A DNA stretch of 64,000 nt from contig CAZTSR010000017.1 in the NCBI GenBank assembly GCA_964615995.1, positions 4,844 to 68,843 on the forward strand. The letters are read 5' to 3'. This stretch comes from an uncultured Bacteroidales bacterium (GTDB lineage: Bacteria > Bacteroidota > Bacteroidia > Bacteroidales > UBA10428). The notes under the pieces were generated by a model. That model was not told where the DNA came from and did no database searches. It saw only the letters and a program-made list of their open reading frames with translations. This document shows positions 9,956-18,133 of this stretch, one piece after another. Position 1 is the stretch's first letter. Each line of letters starts with the position of its first letter. Position numbers and translations under genes: made by a program.

Positions 9956-11911
9956 TCAGGGCAAAGGCAAATTCAGCGAATCAGCAGGAGCAGGCATTAC
10001 AGGTGCAGGCATTGCAGGAGGAACTTCAGTAAATTCCGATTCACCTTTCACTATGGCAACCCGTTCGATTGAAAAATCGGGCTTATATACTACCACGCTA
10101 AAGCTGTTGTTTACAAAGCCTCCATGCGGTGTTTTTCTAAAATTATAGTCGGTTAGCAGCTGATCTGCGTTTACTTCATTGATGCAGGTACGGAAGTTTT
10201 TACCATATTGCTTAAGTGCTGTGAGAAAATAGCTTCCGATATCATACCCCAGCATGCTGTAATTATAGCCAAGGGGTCCGATTTCAAAAGGTTCATAGCC
10301 ATAGAGGCTACGGGACTTTCTGAGATATTTTTTTACCTGAAGGTTGGAAAAATCGGTATAAAAGGGTGTGATCACATGAAGCTGAAGGCTGTGGAAGAAA
10401 GTAAGGTCAATATTGGTCCATGTTTGCCAGGAGGGCATGCCAAAAAGTTTGATGGAATACATGGATGACCTTTGGATCAGTCGCGATACCAAAATATTCA
10501 CATGCGCTTCCTTATCAGAAAATACCAAAACAATATTCTCTTCTTCTTTGGAAAGAATTTTTGAAAGGTTGTGATATAGACTGTCGTTCAAACGGCAATC
10601 CACAAAATGAAGCATCTGGCCGTTTTCTTTAACAGGCATGTGGGCTTTGAGGTATTTCCTGAATCGTATGCTGTTGTTAGTGGAAACGGTGTCCAAATCC
10701 CTGATCAGAATAATTTTGCCTTTTTTGAAAGTCCTTAAGTAATTGGCAATCGCATAGCTTTCAGATTGTCTGGAAGGAATTATCTGAATGATATTTGGAT
10801 TATTATTCACCAAAACGGGACGTGCCGACAATGGAGATACCACAAAAAAGTCTTTATGCTGTGCAAGGCGGCCGGCTATACTCACATCACTCGAGAATAC
10901 AGGGCCAATAATGAGGTCGGGATTTGACGGAGCAAGTTCGCGCATATACTTTTTCACCCTGTTTGTATCGCGCTCTGTATCAAATACCTGAAGGTTCACA
11001 GATAAGCCGGTTGCCTTAAGCGAATCCAGAGCAAGCATAAAGCCTTCATAGAATTCAGCAAAATTTCGGCCTCTTAATCCCATTTGCCTTTGAAGGGGGA
11101 TTACGGTGCCCTCTTCTGCGCTATCCGGTGCTGCCATTTCATCAAAATTAAAACTGGCGTATAACGGAAGCATCAGGGCCACATTATAAGTTACCGGGTA
11201 CCCGGGAGCTGAACAAGGAGTGGCGATCAGATCAACAGTATCGGTTGGAATATCAGGAATAACGGCAGCCTGTTTTTTAATGCGCAATACCTGACCCGGT
11301 TTGAGTCCATTTCTAAGCTCAGGGTTGGTATTGATGATTTCAGAGATGTCTACGCCATATGTACGGGCAATGGAATAAAGCGTATCCTTTTCCTTCACCG
11401 AATAAAGGTAGAACTGGTCGTTTGTGGAAGCACTTTCCGGAGCAACAAGGATATCCTTATTTTTCGGGATCCACAGGGTCTGATCCTGTTTAATCCCTTC
11501 ACGTGCCCATGGATTAAAATGGTAGATCACCTCTTCGTTGACCTTATATTTTTTGGCAAGCGAATAAACGGTATCTTTTTTACGCACCACGTGGGCAATA
11601 AAATCCTCCTTGTTTTGCGGATATGCAATAGCCTGTTTTGAGCGACTGTCAGGTATGCGGAGGGCAAGACCTTCAGGGAGGTACAAAATATCAATTCCCG
11701 GATTGGCGGCCTTAAGTTCGTCGAGCGTTACTTCGTATACTTTGCTGATTGAGTAGGCAGTTTGACCTTTAAGGACGGTATGTATGTAGTAGAGTTTACC
11801 ATCTACCAATGTCTTTTCCTGTGAACGAACCACTTCTGCAGGCTGAAACTGACTATAAACCAGCCCGTTCATCAACTGCATCAAAGCAATAATAAGGACG
11901 ACTTTCTTCAA
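9956..11911 (-). CDS. LysM-repeat protein fused to a type-1 periplasmic-binding-protein domain
   Basis: Signal peptide, then three LysM modules (HTVLKGQTAYSISKVY…, HVVRKKDTVYSLAKKY…, YSVKEKDTLYSIARTYGV…), then ~400 aa that look like PBP1. The tail is Pro/Ala-rich. Confidence 0.85.
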   Translation of the reverse strand: MKKVVLIIALMQLMNGLVYSQFQPAEVVRSQEKTLVDGKLYYIHTVLKGQTAYSISKVYEVTLDELKAANPGIDILYLPEGLALRIPDSRSKQAIAYPQNKEDFIAHVVRKKDTVYSLAKKYKVNEEVIYHFNPWAREGIKQDQTLWIPKNKDILVAPESASTNDQFYLYSVKEKDTLYSIARTYGVDISEIINTNPELRNGLKPGQVLRIKKQAAVIPDIPTDTVDLIATPCSAPGYPVTYNVALMLPLYASFNFDEMAAPDSAEEGTVIPLQRQMGLRGRNFAEFYEGFMLALDSLKATGLSVNLQVFDTERDTNRVKKYMRELAPSNPDLIIGPVFSSDVSIAGRLAQHKDFFVVSPLSARPVLVNNNPNIIQIIPSRQSESYAIANYLRTFKKGKIILIRDLDTVSTNNSIRFRKYLKAHMPVKENGQMLHFVDCRLNDSLYHNLSKILSKEEENIVLVFSDKEAHVNILVSRLIQRSSMYSIKLFGMPSWQTWTNIDLTFFHSLQLHVITPFYTDFSNLQVKKYLRKSRSLYGYEPFEIGPLGYNYSMLGYDIGSYFLTALKQYGKNFRTCINEVNADQLLTDYNFRKTPHGGFVNNSFSVVVYKPDFSIERVAIVKGESEFTEVPPAMPAPVMPAPADSLNLPLP

Positions 11912-12023
11912 CTTCTTTGTTTTTTAAACTCAGGCATCAAAAATAGTAAAAAAACGGAATGCATGTGAAATATCGTGTGCTGATGTGCTGCGATATTTTT
12001 TAATATTCTAAATCAATCAAATC

Positions 12024-12341
12024 TTATGAATAAAACTTTATGCCTACGATTCCAATAATGATCAGGGAAGCAAAAAAGAGCCGTGCCATATTCATGGGGT
12101 CATTAAAGAAAATAATTCCGATAAGCAAGGTGCCTGTAGCGCCAATTCCCGTCCATACAGCATAGGCTGTTCCTATCGGAATGGATTTCTGTGCAATCCA
12201 AAGGAAAAAACCGCTTAAAGCCATAGAAACCACAGCGATTAAAATCCAAAGAAAACGATTTGAAGTAGTTTGAGAAAGTTTAAATCCCAGCGGCCATCCA
12301 ATTTCAAAAATTCCTGCAATCAGTAAGTAAATCCAACTCAT
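12024..12341 (-). CDS. sugE: SMR-family small multidrug/guanidinium exporter (SugE/Gdx type)
   Basis: 105 aa with 4 predicted TM segments. The N-terminus is MSWIYLLIAGIFEIGWPLGFK, with the conserved membrane Glu. Confidence 0.9.
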   Translation of the reverse strand: MSWIYLLIAGIFEIGWPLGFKLSQTTSNRFLWILIAVVSMALSGFFLWIAQKSIPIGTAYAVWTGIGATGTLLIGIIFFNDPMNMARLFFASLIIIGIVGIKFYS

Positions 12342-12352
12342 AAAATCAATTA

Positions 12353-13543
12353 TTATCGCTCCACAGCAGTCACAAGGTCGTTCAATATCCCATCAATAGC
12401 CGACTCTACTCTTTTCCAGTCGGGTATTAACGGTGAACCAAAGTGCTGGTCGCAGAAATCAAGGACTCCTGAATCAATGGCACTGGCAAATGTTTCAACG
12501 GTTTTCAGTTCCTCATGAAAATCAAAGGTAAGACGCCGCTCGTACATTTCAGCGAGCGACTCATAGATACCAACCATTTCACGGGCATGTTTCAGGTAGG
12601 TAAGCCGGATGGTCCGGAACAATTCGGCATTAAGTGATACTCCATTGCTGGCCAGGTGTGTAAAGAAGGTGCGGGCAATATCCGAAGCCATTTTATACAA
12701 TCCCCGCTCACTTTCAGACCCAACCGACTGGTGTTTATGGTCATATCTGCTGGTAAGTTCGATCTGGCATATTCTGGTCTCACGAACCAACCTGTATATT
12801 TCACCCAGAAGCCCAACCTCTATGCCCCAATCCGATGGAAACTGCATCATGCGGGCCTGACTCGTATATGTGGCAAACTCACCCGACAGCGGATAGCGGA
12901 AATCGCCCATATAATCGAGAAATTCTGTGCTTCCGAACATATCTTTAAGCGTTCTTACCAATGGAAAGTAAAAGAGCCGGGAAACCCTCCCGAAAAGTTT
13001 TTTATCATAGCGCACATAATAGCCCTTTACAAACTGGAATCGCATATACATGAGCGGAAACAACAGGCGCGTCAGAAAATCCCTTTCATATGTCAGAATA
13101 TCTGCGTCGTGAAATGCAATTGCAGAAACCTCTGATTTACCAATAATATATCCCAGGCATGTCCATACTGCTCTTCCCTTGCCGCGACTCCCCAATGGCA
13201 AATGCTTTTCAATACGGTTTATGACTTCAAGAACCTCAGGTTTATCATTCCATACCAGTGAGGCTTTTGAACCCAGAGGCGCCACGATTTCCCGGGCGCT
13301 TTCATAATCATCGGGGTTAGCGCGATCGAGGGAAATATAAACCTTGCGTATGTATTTCGTATCCGAAAGTACGCGGATGATATTGCGCATGGCATCGCTG
13401 GAAAGATCACTGAACAAAGCAGGTATCAGAACACCAACAGGTACGCGACCGCATGCCTGAAGGATTTTGGCTTCCATGTCATCGCAGCTTTCGTGCTGCA
13501 GCAATGAAAAAGTTGGAACCTTATTGATGTGGAAATCTGCCAT
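12353..13543 (-). CDS. GT-A fold glycosyltransferase resembling glucosyl-/mannosyl-3-phosphoglycerate synthase
   Basis: 396 aa. Motifs are VGVLIPALFSDL, GSRGKGRAVWTCLGY (a GKG.A.W motif remembered from GpgS) and AFHDADIL (DxD). The coding call is solid, but the function is inferred from memory of motifs only. Confidence 0.6.
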   Translation of the reverse strand: MADFHINKVPTFSLLQHESCDDMEAKILQACGRVPVGVLIPALFSDLSSDAMRNIIRVLSDTKYIRKVYISLDRANPDDYESAREIVAPLGSKASLVWNDKPEVLEVINRIEKHLPLGSRGKGRAVWTCLGYIIGKSEVSAIAFHDADILTYERDFLTRLLFPLMYMRFQFVKGYYVRYDKKLFGRVSRLFYFPLVRTLKDMFGSTEFLDYMGDFRYPLSGEFATYTSQARMMQFPSDWGIEVGLLGEIYRLVRETRICQIELTSRYDHKHQSVGSESERGLYKMASDIARTFFTHLASNGVSLNAELFRTIRLTYLKHAREMVGIYESLAEMYERRLTFDFHEELKTVETFASAIDSGVLDFCDQHFGSPLIPDWKRVESAIDGILNDLVTAVER

Positions 13544-13619
13544 AACTTTTATTGGATAACAAAAGGATGCCGTTTTGTTTCAATAAATTTACGACAAATA
13601 TTCCATACGGGCCAAATGA

Positions 13620-14087
13620 TTAAGAAATAAAGTGATACAGGAATATCATGGTTCCTTCAAAAGCAGGCTTTTTGTTATCCTTTATCTCAAGAACCACATC
13701 AATTTCAGCTTTGGTAACGCCTCTTAAATTGATGATCCGGGCAAGTTTGGCAACAAGACGCACTTCACCATTTACAAGTACAGGCTGGTTAAATTTCAGT
13801 TTTTCAATTCCGTAATTCACCAGAAGCTTGATGTTGTTAACCTGGGTAATTTGAAACCATAAGTGGGGAAGCAATGACAGGCTTAGATAACCATGTGCTA
13901 TCGTTGATTTAAAAGGACTTTCACGTTGAGCCCTTTCCACATCTACATGAATCCATTGATGGTCGAGTGTCGCATCAGCAAATAAATTAATCTGCTCTTG
14001 GGTGACCTGAATATAATCGGATACACCAATTACCTTGCCCAGATATGCGGCAAACTCATCGTAATTATTGATAATCGCTCTTTCCAT
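13620..14087 (-). CDS. MaoC-like (R)-specific enoyl-CoA hydratase / hot-dog fold dehydratase
   Basis: 155 aa with the characteristic motifs DHQWIHVD…TIAHGYLSLSLLP. Confidence 0.85.
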   Translation of the reverse strand: MERAIINNYDEFAAYLGKVIGVSDYIQVTQEQINLFADATLDHQWIHVDVERAQRESPFKSTIAHGYLSLSLLPHLWFQITQVNNIKLLVNYGIEKLKFNQPVLVNGEVRLVAKLARIINLRGVTKAEIDVVLEIKDNKKPAFEGTMIFLYHFIS

Positions 14088-14340
14088 TATTTATTTGTTA
14101 AACTAAGCCGTCTTTGAAACGGGATTGAATGACAAATAAATCAAATTTTCCGGAGATATGCCAGAAAATTAAGGATTATATATAAAGGATGCATAATTCT
14201 CAGAATTCAACCCGTTTTTAAAAATAAAGTCTTCCTGTTGTAAGTTAAAAGAAGACCTGATTTGTTATATATATATAGCAGGGTTCATCCGGTAATGGAT
14301 TCTGTCCAAAATTTTCAAATAGAAACAAAATGAAAATATC

Positions 14341-14727
14341 ATGAAAAAGACCGGAAACTCACAACAGTTAAGGAGCACGATCGAAAACCGAAAAGTCAGA
14401 CATGAATGGAAGAAAAACCTTCCTCAGGATATCAATGAAGGATATCCGGAATATCCGGCAACTGAGGATATATACCGTCAGTTTCGGGAAGAGCAGGAAT
14501 TGAATCCTGAAGATCCGAGCACTATTAAGCGATTTGACACATTGAATAAAGTCACATTGGATCTGGACAGTGATTTTGATCATTCCGGCGGCGACCTGGA
14601 TATACCCGGGGTAGAACTTGATGATTACCAGGAAGAGCTGGGCAGCGAGGATGAAGAAAACAACTTTTACAGCCTGGGAGGCGATGATCACAATGCGCTG
14701 GAAGAGAATGAAGACGACAGACAGTAG
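14341..14727 (+). CDS. Hypothetical small, highly acidic protein
   Basis: 128 aa with an Asp/Glu-rich C-terminal half (DLDIPGVELDDYQEELGSEDEENNFYSLGGDD). I recognise no family. Confidence 0.6.
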   Translation: MKKTGNSQQLRSTIENRKVRHEWKKNLPQDINEGYPEYPATEDIYRQFREEQELNPEDPSTIKRFDTLNKVTLDLDSDFDHSGGDLDIPGVELDDYQEELGSEDEENNFYSLGGDDHNALEENEDDRQ

Positions 14728-14730
14728 TTA

Positions 14731-14770
14731 TTGGTTGATTGGTTGATTGGTTGATTGGTTGATTGGTTGA
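14731..14770. repeat. Tandem octamer array (ttggttga)x5
   Basis: Five perfect head-to-tail copies starting 4 nt after the stop codon at 14725-14727. They are followed by aattatgaatt. Confidence 0.95.
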
Positions 14771-14907
14771 TTTAGAATTATGAATTACAAGTGATACGTT
14801 TATTTTTAAAAAAGCCTTGTAAAATATTGATATTAAATATAATAAAAGCGTTCTTTGATTTTTTAATTTGAAAGGAATGTACTCCATTTTATCATTGACT
14901 TTTCTTT

Positions 14908-15023
14908 TACCGCGGAGCGGTTTTGGTATTGTAGAAATATTATTAGATAGAAATTGTTTACCGCGGAGCGGTTATTGTTTGGTGCCATTAAAGCCAAAAT
15001 AAAACAATAACCGCTCCGCGGTA
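14908..15023. repeat. Three copies of the palindromic motif ACCGCGGAGCGGT, including a perfect 22-bp inverted repeat
   Basis: The three copies are at 14908-14922 (taccgcggagcggtt), 14959-14980 (taccgcggagcggttattgttt) and 15002-15023 (aaacaataaccgctccgcggta). The last two are exact reverse complements separated by 21 nt. Confidence 0.9.
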
Positions 15024-15228
15024 TGGGTTAACAATCATGCTTAATTCTGCAATACCTGATGCCCTCCGGGCAAAAAAGTAGCAATACAGTAAAATCGGTT
15101 TGTAAACTATCATTTACACCTTTATGGATCTGCGGATTGAGCACTAAGTCAATCAAAATGTCAAACAACAATATGATTTATTTTAAAGAAAATTGAACGC
15201 ATCAGAAGTAATTATGAATTAACTCATT

Positions 15229-15304
15229 CCCTTCTTCACCTCTTCACCTCCTTTCCTCCTCACCTCATCACTTCATCACCTCATCACCTCACCACCTCCT
15301 CACA
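15229..15304. repeat. Degenerate pyrimidine-strand 'cttcacct/catcacct' tandem repeat tract
   Basis: The tract reads cccttcttcacctcttcacctcctttcctcctcacctcatcacttcatcacctcatcacctcaccacctcctcac and is preceded by aattatgaatt at 15210-15220. Confidence 0.85.
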
Positions 15305-15378
15305 TAATCAGAACCGCATGAAGTAAAAAGAGGCATAAAAAATCATATGATGTCAGTATTTTTTATCCTGGCTTTAAA

Positions 15379-15386
15379 TACCTTTG
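15379..15386 (+). promoter_or_regulatory. Candidate Bacteroidota -7 box (TAnnTTTG)
   Basis: TACCTTTG lies 39 nt upstream of the M13 peptidase ATG (15425). Confidence 0.4.
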
Positions 15387-15424
15387 AGCTTCGGTTGTGA
15401 CACTTCATTCATTAATTCTTACAT

Positions 15425-17488
15425 ATGAAACATTCGTTATTAATGCTGTTGGGCGGGGTTCTTACGCTGTCCCTTCTATCTGGCTGTGCAGGAAAAAACA
15501 AAAAAACCGATGCTACAGGCTCGGTTTATCCTGCCTTTGAAGTTCAAAATATGGACACTACGGTAAATCCGGGAGATGACTTTTTTGAATATGTAAACGG
15601 CACATGGATCAAAAATCATCCCATACCTGCTGACAAAGATTCATATTCCACATTTGAGGAAATCTTTGAAAAGAGCCGTGAAGACATCAAAGCCATTATT
15701 GAAACTGCTGCAAAAAACACCCAGGCCACACCGGGGAGTATCGATAAAAAAATCGGCATGTTTTATAACACCGGTATGGACACCGTTAAGATTGATCAGG
15801 CAGGGGTAACCCCATTGGACGATTTCTTTAAAAGGATTGAAGCCATGAAAACAGCCGCCGACGTACAAAGTTTCTCGGCATATCTGCAAACTTTCGGCCT
15901 GAGTCCGTTCTTTTACGTGTTCTCGAATGCCGACAAGAAGAACAGTGAAATGGTGATTGCCAATATTTACCAATCGGGACTGGGCTTACCTGACCGTGAT
16001 TATTATTTCAGAACCGATGAGGAGAGTAAACAACTCCGTGAGGCATATATGACACATCTTACAAAGATGTTTGTGTTTTTGAAAGACGCTCCTGAAGTTG
16101 CAGCAAAAAATGCGCAAACTATCATGAAAATAGAAACACAACTTGCCAAAGCATCATTGACACAGGTTGAAAACCAGGATCCTCAGAAGACTTATAATAA
16201 AATGACCGTGGATGCATTGGGCAAACTGACACCAAATATCGACTGGAAGGCATATTTGAAAAATATCGGATATCCTGAGATTACGGAAATAAACATTTAT
16301 CAACCCGGCTTTTTAAAAGAGCTGAGCAGTATGATGAACACAGTAGCCGTGGACGACTGGAAAGCATTTATGAGGTGGTCATTGATTAACAGTACTGCCG
16401 CTTATCTGAGTCGTGATTTTGAAGATCAGAATTTTGATTTTTATTACCGGACCTTATCCGGCCAGGAACAGAAAGAGCCCCGTTGGAAGCTGGTTCTTGA
16501 TGAAACCAGCAGCAGTCTTGGCGAAGCAATCGGACAATTATATGTAAACAAATATTTTCCTCCCGAAGCCAAACAAAAGATGACCGACCTGGTGAATAAC
16601 CTGAAGATTTCCATGCACTCACGCATTGAAAATTTAACATGGATTGGTACTGAAACGAAAGCAGAAGCCCTGGCCAAACTTGACAAAATGAATGTAAAGG
16701 TAGGGTATCCCGACAAATGGAGGGATTACTCAGCATTGAAAATATCCGAAGACTCCTATGTAACGAATATGCTTCAGTCGGGTAATTTTGAATTCACTTA
16801 TGAAATGAACAAGGTTGGTAAGCCGGTCGACCGCACTGAATGGTCGATGACACCACAAACCGTTAATGCTTATTACAGTCCTGCCCAAAACGAAATCGTA
16901 TTCCCTGCAGGAATTCTGCAGCCTCCTATGTTTAATTTAAATGCCGATGATGCCATCAATTATGGTGCTATTGGAATGGTAATCGGGCATGAAATGACAC
17001 ATGGTTTCGACAATTCGGGCCGTCAATATGACAAGGACGGTAATTTGCGCGACTGGTGGACTCCTGCTGATGTAAAATCATTTAATGATCATACCAAAAT
17101 TCTGGTTGACGAATACAATCAGTTTGAGGTTCTGGATTCTCTATTTATCAATGGTCAGATGACATTGGGTGAAAACATCGCTGATCTGGGAGGCACTACA
17201 ATTGCGTATTATGCTTATAAATTGTCTCTGAATGGTAAGACTGCACCTGAGCCCATCGACGGATTTACCGGGGAGCAGCGTTTCTTTTTGTCCATGGCGC
17301 AAGTTTGGAGAACCAACATGCGTGAACAACAACTCAGAAAGCGGGTATTGACCGATGAGCATTCCCCTGCCAAATACAGGGTAAATGGTACCGTATTCAA
17401 CATGCCCGAATTCTATCAGGCATTTCCCAAGGTAAAAGAAGGTAATAAGTTGTACCGGGCTGTTGCTATGAGGCCGGTGATTTGGTAG
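15425..17488 (+). CDS. M13-family zinc metallopeptidase (neprilysin / PepO-like) lipoprotein
   Basis: 687 aa. Lipobox LLSGCAG, HExxH motif VIGHEMTHGFD, an NAYY motif and a C-terminal …RPVIW that is typical of M13. Confidence 0.95.
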   Translation: MKHSLLMLLGGVLTLSLLSGCAGKNKKTDATGSVYPAFEVQNMDTTVNPGDDFFEYVNGTWIKNHPIPADKDSYSTFEEIFEKSREDIKAIIETAAKNTQATPGSIDKKIGMFYNTGMDTVKIDQAGVTPLDDFFKRIEAMKTAADVQSFSAYLQTFGLSPFFYVFSNADKKNSEMVIANIYQSGLGLPDRDYYFRTDEESKQLREAYMTHLTKMFVFLKDAPEVAAKNAQTIMKIETQLAKASLTQVENQDPQKTYNKMTVDALGKLTPNIDWKAYLKNIGYPEITEINIYQPGFLKELSSMMNTVAVDDWKAFMRWSLINSTAAYLSRDFEDQNFDFYYRTLSGQEQKEPRWKLVLDETSSSLGEAIGQLYVNKYFPPEAKQKMTDLVNNLKISMHSRIENLTWIGTETKAEALAKLDKMNVKVGYPDKWRDYSALKISEDSYVTNMLQSGNFEFTYEMNKVGKPVDRTEWSMTPQTVNAYYSPAQNEIVFPAGILQPPMFNLNADDAINYGAIGMVIGHEMTHGFDNSGRQYDKDGNLRDWWTPADVKSFNDHTKILVDEYNQFEVLDSLFINGQMTLGENIADLGGTTIAYYAYKLSLNGKTAPEPIDGFTGEQRFFLSMAQVWRTNMREQQLRKRVLTDEHSPAKYRVNGTVFNMPEFYQAFPKVKEGNKLYRAVAMRPVIW

Positions 17489-17491
17489 AGT

Positions 17492-17610
17492 TCAGTTACT
17501 AGTGACGGGTGACAAGTGACAAGTAAGAAGTTACGAGTTACAAGTAACAAGTCATAAGGGACGCTTCCCTACTTTTAACTTGTCACTTGTCACCCGTCAC
17601 TAGTAACTGA
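17492..17610. terminator. Long perfect inverted repeat (33-bp arms) immediately after the M13 peptidase stop
   Basis: tcagttactagtgacgggtgacaagtgacaagt (17492-17524) is the exact reverse complement of 17578-17610, with a 53-nt spacer. The arms are made of gtgacaa heptamers. A T-rich run follows (ttcttgctatttattttt). Confidence 0.65.
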
Positions 17611-17635
17611 TTCTTGCTATTTATTTTTGAAATAG

Positions 17636-17643
17636 TATATTTG
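17636..17643 (+). promoter_or_regulatory. Candidate -7 box (TATATTTG) for tRNA-Ser
   Basis: A perfect TAnnTTTG lies 13 nt upstream of the tRNA 5' end. Confidence 0.5.
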
Positions 17644-17655
17644 CATTCCAAATCA

Positions 17656-17742
17656 GGAGAGGTGCCAGAGTGGTCGATCGGGGCAGTCTCGAAAACTGTT
17701 GAACCTTTCGGGGTTCCGGGGGTTCGAATCCCCCCCTCTCCG
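17656..17742 (+). tRNA. tRNA-Ser (anticodon CGA), class II with a long variable arm
   Basis: Acceptor stem GGAGAGG/CCTCTCC with discriminator G. Anticodon stem GCAGT/ACTGT with loop CTCGAAA, so the anticodon is CGA. There is a 5-bp variable-arm stem (gaacc/ggttc). The T arm is GGGGG-TTCGAAT-CCCCC. No CCA is encoded. The D-stem is weak by eye. Confidence 0.88.
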
Positions 17743-17872
17743 CAAAGAATGAATATCCCGGGCGAAGCCGGGCTTTTAAAGCAAAATCCGGACTCAAGCC
17801 CCGCTTGAAAGTCCGGATTTTTGATTTAAAAGACCACCAGCGCGAAGCGATGGTTGGGATATTCATTCTTTG
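17743..17872. repeat. 130-bp element bounded by perfect 17-bp terminal inverted repeats, directly abutting the tRNA 3' end
   Basis: caaagaatgaatatccc (17743-17759) pairs with gggatattcattctttg (17856-17872). Inside are hairpins cccgg-gcgaag-ccggg, the terminator hairpin, and ccagcgc-gaa-gcgatgg. The last hairpin is repeated at 17927-17943. Confidence 0.8.
17783..17826 (+). terminator. Rho-independent-type terminator downstream of tRNA-Ser
   Basis: Stem aaaatccggac(tcaag)/(cttga)aagtccggatttt followed by a T-run (tttttgattt). Confidence 0.7.
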
Positions 17873-17967
17873 CTGGGATCTCCCCCTTGGGGATCACGCA
17901 GTAATCCACGTTTTTTTATATCTCACCAGCGCGAAGCGATGGCGGTGGGGCTTTGTAAGGTAGTTTA

Positions 17968-18012
17968 TTGGGACCCTTGGGACCCTTGGGACTCTTGGGA
18001 CATTGGGGACAT
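17968..18012. repeat. Tandem 9-mer array (ttgggaccc-like) x5
   Basis: The array reads ttgggaccc ttgggaccc ttgggactc ttgggacat tggggacat, decaying toward the 3' end. It is followed by ttgattggttgatt (18021-18036) and an 8-bp hairpin agacgcga-taaa-tcgcgtct (18039-18058). Confidence 0.9.
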
Positions 18013-18085
18013 ATTTATTTGTTGATTGGTTGATTTTTAGACGCGATAAATCGCGTCTCTACATATGGTTCATTAAATTACCTTT

Positions 18086-18133
18086 CTTCACTTCTTCACT
18101 TCTTCACTTCTTCACTTCTTCACCTCTTCACTT
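18086..18133. repeat. Tandem octamer array (cttcactt)x6 overlapping the 3' end of galU
   Basis: Six units, one of them the variant cttcacct. The galU stop codon (tca on the + strand, 18128-18130) lies inside the last unit. Confidence 0.95.

Noticed and set aside
12342-12352. Guanidine riboswitch upstream of sugE
   Set aside because: Only 11 nt separate sugE from the preceding gene, so there is no room for a riboswitch aptamer.
12656-13135. 159-aa plus-strand ORF inside the glycosyltransferase gene. The other listed antisense or out-of-frame ORFs within nuo, hppA, the TonB receptor and the CRTAC1-like genes are treated the same way.
   Set aside because: They are shadow ORFs opposite or overlapping long ORFs that carry clear family motifs. 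None has its own signal peptide, promoter box or motif.
14552-14887. 111-aa minus-strand ORF containing STNQPINQSTNQPI
   Set aside because: It reads through the (ttggttga)x5 array and is antisense to the 3' end of the acidic-protein gene, so it is a repeat and antisense artefact.
17614-17866. Two ORFs (64 aa on the + strand, 81 aa on the - strand) overlapping tRNA-Ser
   Set aside because: The region is explained by a well-formed tRNA, its trailer hairpins and a terminator.
18039-18058. 8-bp hairpin agacgcga-taaa-tcgcgtct as the galU terminator
   Set aside because: On the galU (minus) strand it is followed by an A-run rather than a U-tract, and it lies 70 nt beyond the stop, behind a repeat array. 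It may still act as a terminator, but it is not convincing enough to list as a feature.
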